Shown: piece by piece, positions 54,274-64,000 of the stretch
Layout: the number at the start of each line of letters is the position of its first letter
Numbering within the stretch: position 1 is the first letter of the stretch
Assembly: GCA_951406725.2 (NCBI GenBank)
Contig: OX597822.1
Coordinates: forward strand, 79,980,001-80,044,000
Direction of reading: 5' to 3'
Length of the DNA: 64,000 nt
DNA from: Octopus vulgaris
Taxonomy: Eukaryota
Notes under the pieces: model-generated
Databases searched by the model: none
The model's input: only the letters and a program-made list of their open reading frames with translations
What the model was told of the DNA's origin: nothing
Position numbers and translations under genes: made by a program

Positions 54274-54280
<7 letters not shown>
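53181..54280. mobile_element. Penelope-like (pseudo-LTR) remnant: ~300-bp inverted repeat (53181-53482 / 53518-53819) plus a third, direct copy ending at ~54280
   Basis: Near-identical arms; inserted in (TA)n; carries a hammerhead; no RT or endonuclease ORF visible. Confidence 0.8.
54031..54093 (+). ncRNA. Minimal type I hammerhead ribozyme
   Basis: TTTGAG-CTGACGA-AAGA...TCTT-GAAA-CGTtgACG-TA-CTCAAA; perfect 6-bp stem I; predicted cut after GUA at 54087. Confidence 0.88.
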
Positions 54281-54320
<40 letters not shown>

Positions 54321-54504
54321 TATGAATATATGTCTGTATATATATATATATATATATAAAACTATGAATATATGTCTATATATATATATATATATATAAA
54401 AAAATATGAATATATGTCTGTATATATATATATATATATATAAAACTATGAATATATGTCTGGATATATATATATATATATAACTACGCATATATGTCTG
54501 TGTA

Positions 54505-54545
<41 letters not shown>

Positions 54546-54701
54546 CCTTACATTGTCAGTAAATCTGTTTCTTTCAATTATTATTATAATTATTTAGTTT
54601 ATTCATCACCTAGATCCTATATAACTGTATCGAATTACTACTACACACGTATGCATGCATATGTAAAGAAAACATATGTACGCAAATTCGCAGAATTTAC
54701 G

Positions 54702-54732
<31 letters not shown>

Positions 54733-55019
54733 CACATTCAAATGCGATCATTGACTTGACCTTGGTGTAAATCATTTGAGACTAGTCAGTAAATGTGCGG
54801 TTTTGGGGTGGGTTATACGCCTCTTTCAAATTGCACGTTTTGCTTTCAACACACAATCTCGATCAAATCATTTATCCGGAAAGTTCACCGATATATACAC
54901 ACACATACACATACTAACGACTTCCGATTTTTACCTTATTCTAGAGTGTAGCTATCTACACTTGAATCGTTATTTAGTTTTACCTATCCAACCTTGTCCT
55001 GTTCTCCTACTATATAATC

Positions 55020-55059
<40 letters not shown>

Positions 55060-55076
<17 letters not shown>

Positions 55077-55238
55077 TCAACTTGTGTGTGTGTGTGTGTT
55101 TAACTTCCCGGAACATCTCCTCCTAGCCAACAAATCGTAGAACCACAAAAAATGGGTCACTTAAAGTTTAGGCGAATGAAAATTGAACTGCGCTTTGAAT
55201 TGAATGTGACCATTTTGCAAAACCGGGCAATACTGCTA

Positions 55239-55239
<1 letters not shown>
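55060..55239 (+). mobile_element. Short non-autonomous Helitron remnant
   Basis: 3' end CCGGGCAATACTGCTAG|T resembles the 40500 element; start hidden in (TA)n. Confidence 0.55.
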
Positions 55240-55276
<37 letters not shown>

Positions 55277-56804
55277 ATATCTGTATTCGGTATGTTATAT
55301 AAGTAAGTTATAAATTGATCTGGTATATTGAAACGGTCTCTTCATGGCTGCTTGGTTTTATTTTTTTCAATATATTCTCTCCTTTCACATGAAATACAAA
55401 TACTTGAGACTGTATATTCCACATAAAAGAAATAATCTTACCGAATTCTGCCGTTTATTTATAATTACAGTTATATTGTATACCCTCAGGGACATTTCTA
55501 TGTTTGCTCCACATAGAAGAAATAAAGGCCATGTATCTTTCACTAAAGCTACATGCGACTATCTTAGGTAAAAGGTCATTAAATAATGTAGACTTCGATT
55601 GAGGGTGTGGTTACTGCTGGAACATCTTTAATGATGGGCCTACTCGATAAAGAATAAATAAGAATAAACGTATTGGAAGAGAGATTATAAGTGGAATACG
55701 TCCCCAGGACAATCCTGTCTCAAGTCCTGGAACTCGGTTATCAGGTTTTCATGATGTATGACCGACCGAGATTATAACATTCCTCCTTGATGGGAGGTCA
55801 GTCCGTCGCACAGATAGTCACTTAAAACAGAGTCGGCTGGAGCAGCGTGATATGAAGTGTTTTGCTCAAGAACACAGCGCACCGCTCGGTCCGGAAATCG
55901 AAACTATGACCTTACTGTCATGAATGCAACATCAGAACAACTGTTATAGAAAGTGGGTATTTACTAAGACATTCACCAGCATTTAAATGGGACTGTGAGA
56001 TCGCTAGTTTTTTCCCACTATAGAGTCTTATTCACTTGTATTTAATTATATTTCAAGCCATCCCTGATCAAGCAGGTCTCAGTCGTTCCTGCTTTCAGAC
56101 TGCATCGTGTACTACGATATCTAATACTTCGTTAACATGGAATGGAGCAAATTGAGGAGGAGATTTGACTGTCATTGCTAATAAGTCGTGCATCCTAGTT
56201 TCAGATCCGACGTTGACTTCCTTGTCTTTGCTTAACGGACCAATGTAAAGTTTGTGTGCTGCCTAGAAATAATGGATTGCGTTGATAATTTCATGAATTA
56301 ACTAGAGCAAAGGGGGTATATTAGTCCGTGTAGCTTTAAATGGAAAAGCGAATCATTGCACGGAACACAAAATACCACACACTCGCCACACACGCAGCAA
56401 TCGACATCGTTTGTACAGACGGCCAACGTTTATTTCATCGAGCGGATATTTAACCGACGCGGATAGGAGATAATAGGCGTATAGTCAAATGAATATCCGA
56501 ATAGATTTATGCCCGACATAGCATTCATTATACAAGTAAATGACCGAAACGATAGCTTGCAAATCTGTTCATTTTAATATTCATGCAAATTATAACGTAA
56601 CATATTTTTTATTAATTCTAAAGTCACACTCAGTAATGTACTTTTGACAGAAACCATCACCGGCCTTCTGAAACAATCAGCATTAATTTCTCTAATTGTC
56701 ACTAAACAGTGGATGGCTGCTTGTCTAATCTTTTATCTACGCCGCAAAACCAACATTAGCAATTTCAAAAAGACCACAATGCTGTCATTATTCAAAAGCA
56801 AGTT

Positions 56805-57410
56805 AAGGCAGCGAGCTGGCAGAAACGGTAGCACACCGGGCAAAATGCTAAACGGTATATCTTCTGTCCTGAGTTCAAATTCCGTCGAGACCGACTTTGC
56901 CTTTTATCCTTTCGGGGTCGATAAATTAAGTACCAGTTACGTACTAGGGGTTGATATAATCGACTTAATCTGTTTGTCTGTCCTTGTTTGTCCTCTCTAT
57001 GTTTAGCCCCTTGTGGGTAGTAAAGAAATAGGTATTTCATCTGTCTTTATGTTCTGAGTTCAAATTCCGCCGAAGTCAACTTTGCCTTTCTTCTTTCGGG
57101 GTCGATTAAATAAATACAGGTTACGCACTGGGATCGATATAATTGACTTAATCTCTTTGTCTATCCTTGTTTGTCCCCTCTATGTTTAGCACCTTGTGGG
57201 CAATAAAGAAATCAGAAACGTTAGCAAGCCGGGCGAAAAGTTAAGTAGCATTTCATCTGTCTTTACATTCTGAGTTGAAATTCCTCAGAGGTCGACTTTG
57301 CCTTTCATCCTTACGGGGTCGATAAATTAAGTAATAGTTGCTTACTGAAGTCAGCCTAATCGACTGTCCCTCTCCCCCAAAATTACGGGCCTTGTGCCTT
57401 GTGTAGACAA
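56805..57410 (+). mobile_element. Trimeric array of the abundant SINE
   Basis: Three tandem core units. Confidence 0.85.
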
Positions 57411-58069
57411 AATTATTCAAAAGGAAATTTTACTTTTAAGCTTATGACATTCATATGAATAAAGTAGGAAGCCTTACATGCTGGGTTTGATGAACAAAGA
57501 GATAATCCATCACGTTGACGATACTAATGCAAAGAGAGTTGTGGGATGCGATTATAAGCAAAAGACATTATTGTTTAGCGAGAGGCGAGTAATCATTCGC
57601 CCCAAATATATATTACACGAAACTTGTCTTTGAAGACGGTACATAATACATAAGAGCCAAACAGCTAAAAGAAGTGACACCGACTGTTATAATAATATAA
57701 AAGAAAATTACATCTTTGAGTACCCATTTGATGCTGCAAGTACTCTTCATTATTCTTTTTAGATGCTGATTGGTGTCTGACTTCACGAAGATCTAGTAGC
57801 AATTTCAAACAAACAAAAGCAAAAAGAAAGAGACAGACGGATAACACACAGTCTACAAACATACATTTTTTCTGGCCTTTCTCCATTCCCCTTCCATGTA
57901 CAATCACCTTTCTCCTCTGCCTACACTGCACATAATTCTCTTTCGTATTACTCCCTCTGTTAAAAAATAAGAAACACCCTGCCCAAAGCCAAGTCAAGAT
58001 AAAAAGACACAAGCAAATCACGTGACCGCTTGTGTCTTTTTAGACACGATGGTGAATAAACAATTTTTT

Positions 58070-58679
58070 CTACTATTGGTACAAAGTTTGAACTTTGAGG
58101 GGAGGGCGCCAGTCAATTAATCGACACCCGTACACAATTAGTACTGATTTAATCGACTCCGAAAGGATGAAAGGCAAAGTCGACCTCGGCGGAATTTGAA
58201 CTCAGAACGTAACGGCAGACGAAATACCTGTTTATTTATTACCCACAAGGGGCTACACACAGAGGGGACGAACAAGGACAGACAAACGGATTAAGTCGAT
58301 TATATCGACCCCAGTACGTAACTGGTACTTATTTAATCGACCCCGAAAGGATAAAGGGCAAAGTCGACCTCGGCGGAATTTGAACTCAGAACGTGGCGGC
58401 AGACGAAATACCGCAAAGAATTTCGCCCGGCGTGCTAACATTTCTTATTTCTTCATTGCCCACAAGAGGCTAAACATAGAGGGGACAAATAAGGACAGGC
58501 AGAGGGATTAAGTCGATTACATCGACCCCAGTGCGTAACTGGTACTTATTTAATCGACCCCGAAAGGATGAAAGGTTAAGTAGACCTCGGCGGAATTTGA
58601 ACTCAGAACGTAGCGGTAGACAAAATACCGCTAAAAATTTCGACTAGCGTGCTAACGATTCTGCCAGTTCGCCGCCTTA
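58070..58679 (-). mobile_element. Trimeric array of the abundant SINE in opposite orientation; a + copy follows at 58720-58875
   Basis: Three reverse-complement core units. Confidence 0.85.
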
Positions 58680-61600
58680 GTGGTGAATACATAATACTAA
58701 AAATATTTCTTCCAACTCCGTCATTACGTTCCGAGTTCAAATTCCGCTGAGGTCGACTGTGCCTTTCAGCCTTTCGGGGTCGAAAAATTAAATGCCAGTT
58801 GCGTACTGGGGTCGATCTAACTGACTGGCCTCCTACCCCAAAATTTCGAGTCTTGTGCCTAGAGTAAAAAAGAATATTTTCAGAAATGTTAACTAATGCG
58901 TATTTCACAAACTACATATTGTATTGTAATACTGGAATGCGAATACGCCCCAAGAGGACAGCTTGAATTTTACCCTACCTATTTTATATAATTTAACTCA
59001 GCTATACATGGCTTAAAGTTTCCAGCTGTCGATGTAATTTGATCAACTTCAGCAAGCTGTTGAAACGAACTAATGGAGTTAACCACTGGAAATTTAAAAT
59101 GACGGGAAAAAAAAATAAACGTTACGTACCTCAAAATTCATCTTATTTCTTACGTTTCGATATCAGAACCTTCAAAGAAAATCAAATAAAATTGTTACAA
59201 AATTTGAACTTACAAAAGCATAAGTATCATAGCACTACTGATATCGGCACTAAGAAAATGCTAGGTAATGACCCAAAGAATACGATTGTGAATACAAGAG
59301 GTCGAAATGGGGTTCCTCCGAAGGAATTACCAAAAATCTATCTTCCCCCAGTACGTAGCTGGTACCTACTTTATTGATCTTTTTATAACCAAGCAGGATG
59401 TGTCTGGGAGATCACTTCAAATGTGTGAAAGAACTGGAAAATCTCTCCCAATTCATTCCCTACTGTCTAAGAAGACGACTCTTTTTAGATATTGTGTCCT
59501 AGTTGTATAGTGTTTGGAATAAAAACAACGGGATAATCAGGGTTAATATGTCTTTGATTAAAGGTTTGCTCAATCATGGCCGCTACTGGTACATGGTTAC
59601 ATATTATACGACGACAAAAAAAAAATTGACTGAATTTACTCAAAGTATATCACTGTCCTCATTTTGATTTCGGTTACAGAAAAAAATTCAACCCTTGCAC
59701 GGTATGCCGCCGTCATCGAGGGCTGTCGACATCTTGTATTGGCAAGATTTTAGGCCAAAGGTCTTGCAAGACGACAATCTGTGACAAACACCTTTACATC
59801 TGAATGGGCCCTGTCAACGTGAAAAGAATTGTCTCATCTTAGGATACACCGAAATGGAACCCACAACATTACTGCCATAAACCCAGCAATTTAATAGTCT
59901 ACGCTTTTTCACAGAACGTTTAGAGGCTGAATAAATATTGCAAATTATATAGCTTGGAATTCTTTCTTTTTTTTTAAGTCTTTGACTTAGTTTGTAGGAC
60001 TGGCAGTCCTAGCAATGCTAAATTGTAGTTATATACAGAGTCTGGTTTAGTGCTAGGATTTCTGGTTTATAAAGACTAATAAATCTTAATATGAAGTATT
60101 GAATGATGAAGACCTATTAAGCTTTGAAGTATTTTTGCCTCGGGAGTCCTTTTGATCATAGCTGATCTGAGTGTTTCAGAGTCAGGCATCACCATTATAA
60201 AAGGAGTCAACCAGTGAAGACAATTGAAGCGAAATTTGAAGTTAGAATGTAAATGGCGTGTAAGTAAATACCACATGACATTTGTTTTAAAGAATTAAAA
60301 GAGTAAATGCAGCTCTATGAGTCGATGGAAACGACTGAAAGAAGTTATCCTCAAACCGGAGGCTTTCGATAGAAAGCAAAAAGAAATGGTTAGGTGGTAT
60401 TAAACAGAGTATGTCAACCGTTTTGCTGAGCTTCTACGTAGTTTCTGTATAGCGAACTTCAATCAAAAGATTTTGGTCAGCTCGGGGCTATAGAGGACAT
60501 TTACCAAAAATTGTCACGCAATAAAACTGAAGCCGAAAGCAATATCCACTTAATCATTCATTATTATATATGCCAAGCACAATAGTAATATACAATCCAG
60601 TCATTTGCACAGAGATATGCGAGATTTAGATTCGTTTCAACATTTCACATGAGCAAAAATTGAGAAGAAATTGATTTTTGAAATAAAATGTTAAACTAGG
60701 CGCAGGTATGACTGTGTCATGTGGTTTCAGTTTCGGACTTACTGAGTCGTACATTGAAATATAAAACGTTTCAATCATCTCAATTTTCTTAAAAGAAAGC
60801 AAGGCTGCCAGACGGCAATGTACCACAGGAATGATATACAACATGGCTACAACTATCGCGATTTCAACCAATTCATTGCACCAGCTAACATTGATATTTG
60901 AGAGTCAGGGCCAAATCCAAAATGCTCGACCCCAAATTGAACCACGCAATTAGCCCATTATAAGTATGCAATACTGTTAACAGTTTGTCCTGTTGTCTAG
61001 ACGCAAGCGGTCAATTTATTTTCGGTTTAATCTTTGCTCATAGAATGTCCGTCAAATTCTGTCCAGCATTCACTAGCACGATACCGTTACGTATTCCGCA
61101 TAGGCGAATGCCACATCTTTGTATCCAGATTCTAGCAAAATAAAAAAAAGAGAAAAACGCTCAAGTGTTCTAGCACATACTAGATAGTGTCAATACTATA
61201 CTACCAATACTACAAGCGGGGAGAATAGACATCCTTGAGTATCGGATCATGTTAATTAACCCGGATCACACAAGAGATACACTTATACCTTTCTTTAAAG
61301 TGTACAGCTCCAATGTTTAACCTGAAATACAAAACCAGTCCATTAATACCAGAAAAGCTTATAGTACCAAATGCACTTGAGAAGCCAAAAGATCGTCAAA
61401 TCCTGTATTGTGGTGACCGGAACAATGTCTTTGAGCTTGATTTCTAAGATATGTAAACATTGACGACCATTTCATTGGCTTTAAGTAAGATAAGGGTCGA
61501 AGGTCATACAAACTGAATCGTTAAAATATGAAAATCAAAAACAAATCTTAAGGAATAGTTCACAAACTTGTAAAGTTATTAATAATTGGTATTAGATATT

Positions 61601-61997
61601 TAAAAATTAATTTACTGACACACAAACAAAATAGGGATGGAAAGGCCTATGAAACGACAAATATTGATTGAATGGCAGTAGAAATATTATTAGCGATACC
61701 AACAGGGTGAAATGTTTGTTTCATTACTATAGTGGGTCAACCTAGGAGGAACAGATCTTTGCGGTAATGTCTAACAAAATATATTGTGCCGTCATTTTCC
61801 GAACTGTGTTGAAAGTAAATTTCGTTCCACAAACATCACACACGTAATTAATATTACGCTCTGAACTCGCCTAACTCGAAACAAATGGTTATTAAGTGAA
61901 ATCATGTAGACGTATTCTTTTATTCTCTTGTTTCAGCCCATAGGTTGTGGCCATGCTGGAGCACCGACAGTAGAAAAATCTCACCATAGCAACAGTG

Positions 61998-62040
<43 letters not shown>

Positions 62041-62529
62041 TGCGTATGTTGCGTTTGTCTGCCCTCCAAAGTTTGAAAACTGATGCTAGTTTGTTCACAT
62101 CCAATAACTCGCGGTTCGGCAAAAGAGACCGATAGAATAAGCACTGGGACCGATTCGTTCGGTGCCTCAGCTTGGTCGCAGTTTAGTAACCGAAACCAGT
62201 ATAAAGAAAAGTACATCAGATGTTACAATGGGAGCCTATACTCACAACAAAAGATTTCGTGGAAGGCCTCATGTTATATACATCAAGCAATTATTACCAG
62301 AAGATATCGGAAAATCTGTTGTCATGAGCGATAGTAACATTCTATTTCATTTGTAGAACCTGAAGAAAATCATGTTTCCGAGGGACATTATTTTATGTTG
62401 ACGCCACCTGAAAATCCCCGAATAAATAGAATCGTTGTATGAAGATTAATGAGAATCGTCTGTGGAGTTTGAACCGTATTTTTTGTTAGACACGAAAAGA
62501 GATTTTAAGCAGAAGTGAAATGACAGTTT

Positions 62530-63515
62530 CTACTAAAGGCTCAAAATTTGAAGTTTTGTGGGAGTTGGGACTAATCGATTCCATCGATCCCAGTACACAA
62601 CTAGTACTTATTTTATCGACCCCCAAAAGGATGAAAGGTAGATGCAGGGGCATTTGGACGGCAGTGGAACGGAGACATTTGTCGGCGGCATTTGAGCAAA
62701 AAGCCGCTAAGCATTTCATCCGACAAATATATATGTGACGTTGATCTCACCGCCCCGCTTATAATATTCTTTCCTGCCATAGGCACTGGGACAGAATTTT
62801 TTTTTGTGGGGACCTAATCGATGACATCCCCCAGTGTTCAACTGGTACTTAATCTATCGACCCCGAAAGCATGAAACGCGAAGTCGACTTCGGTGGCATT
62901 TGAAACCAGAACGTAAAGACGAACGAAATTTCGTTAAGCATTTCATACGGTGTGCTAACAATTGTCGCAGGTCGTTGCCTTCAACAGACAACAAATATAA
63001 ACATGACGTTGATCTCCCCTTCCCCGTTTATGATATTCTTTTCTAGTACAGGTGCAGGGACTAAAAACTTTGGGGGTGGGGTTGGGCTTACTAATCGATT
63101 ACATCGACACCAGTTTTTAACTGGTACTTATTTTATTGACCCCAAATGATGAAAGGCAATGTCGAACAGCTGATGAGACTCGAACCTAGGAATATATTTG
63201 TAGGAGTTCAGCTAAAGTAAATCACAACGAAGAGTGTAACCTATACATGGTCACCCCATCTGTTAGAAATAGCAGTCAAAAGGCTAGAAAAAATTAAACC
63301 CTAAAATATTCTTTTCTACTCTTGGCACAAGGCTCGAAATTTGTGGGGAGGGATCCAGTCGATTAGATCGATGCCAGTATGCAACTGGTACTTAATTTAT
63401 CGACCCCGAAAGGATGAAAGATCTCAGTGAAATTTGAACTGAGAACGTAAAGACAAACGAAACACCGCTAAGCATTTCGCCCGCTGTGCTAACGTTTCTG
63501 CCAGCTCGACACCTT
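62530..63515 (-). mobile_element. Cluster of about four abundant-SINE copies, partly tandem-duplicated
   Basis: Repeated ACTGGTACTTA.TT.ATCGACCCC.AAAGGATGAAAG. Confidence 0.8.
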
Positions 63516-64000
63516 AGAAACCCTAAAATAGTGAAACATTGTTTCTGAGATCGAAACCGGATCGATGAGAGTCAAAAGTTTTTCATCATTGTTGTGCAGT
63601 GTAAGAGATGAGGATCTAAAGAGTAATATACCAATAAGGGAAACTGATACATGGTCGTCCTATTTATTAAAATAGCAACGAGATCTCCCTCATATCACAT
63701 CGCATCAGCTTTAAGACGAAGACAAATATAATGCGATTGAAGCAAATATTAAGACTTCTTCTGCTAAGAATGTTGTCGAAAGATCTGTTTTATAGACAAT
63801 AATCTGAAACGAAAATGAATATGAAAGTTAAAAACTAAAACTATTTTGGGTGAGGTAAATAAGATTGTGTGATGTTCAGGTCTTTATCATGATCCAAATC
63901 AGAGTAACCGTAGTTAACTTCTTTCAGTCGGGAATTGAAACCAGCCCAGAGTCAGGTACACCTGAAGAATTTATTCCTTTGTTTTTTTGTATGGTCAGCC

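Larger units (their letters stand above)
52610..54510. repeat. AACTATG(C/A)ATAT(C/A)TGTCTG(TA)n minisatellite (52610-53180 and 54317-54510), split by an insertion
   Basis: About 20 units with variable (TA)n spacers. Confidence 0.9.

Noticed and set aside
63170-63215. CTGATGA followed by a hairpin (similar cases at 5079 and 24049)
   Set aside because: No GAAA and UH cleavage site after stem II

Overview
AT-rich eukaryotic genomic DNA, dense in microsatellites and SINEs. The repeat families look like those of an octopod cephalopod (Octopus-like; inference from recalled repeat sequences, not a search). The window holds two chitin synthase (GT2, metazoan type) paralogues arranged tail-to-tail about 10.4 kb apart. 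Gene A (+) contributes only its last two exons (2805-2916, 6383-6837). Gene B (-) has 12 phase-consistent GT-AG exons between 43166 and 17221 (1241 aa), plus a candidate first coding exon at 52004-51975. Gene B keeps the catalytic EDR, QRRRW and SWGTR motifs but has divergent flanking motifs, a roughly 160-aa Ser-rich insertion in the catalytic domain, and a compact C-terminus. Introns and intergenic DNA contain many tRNA-derived SINEs, decayed DNA transposons (maT/DD37D, a mariner with a nested Chapaev3-like element, hAT MITEs, non-autonomous Helitrons) and LINE fragments (RTE, R4/Dong). The most notable hidden signal is a set of minimal type I hammerhead ribozymes (20671, 34567, 54031, plus degenerate copies at 33643, 28081 and 36064). 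They sit in Penelope-like or retrozyme-like remnants, several of them near inverted duplications, and all are antisense to gene B. Nearly all short ORFs in the supplied track are microsatellite or SINE artefacts.
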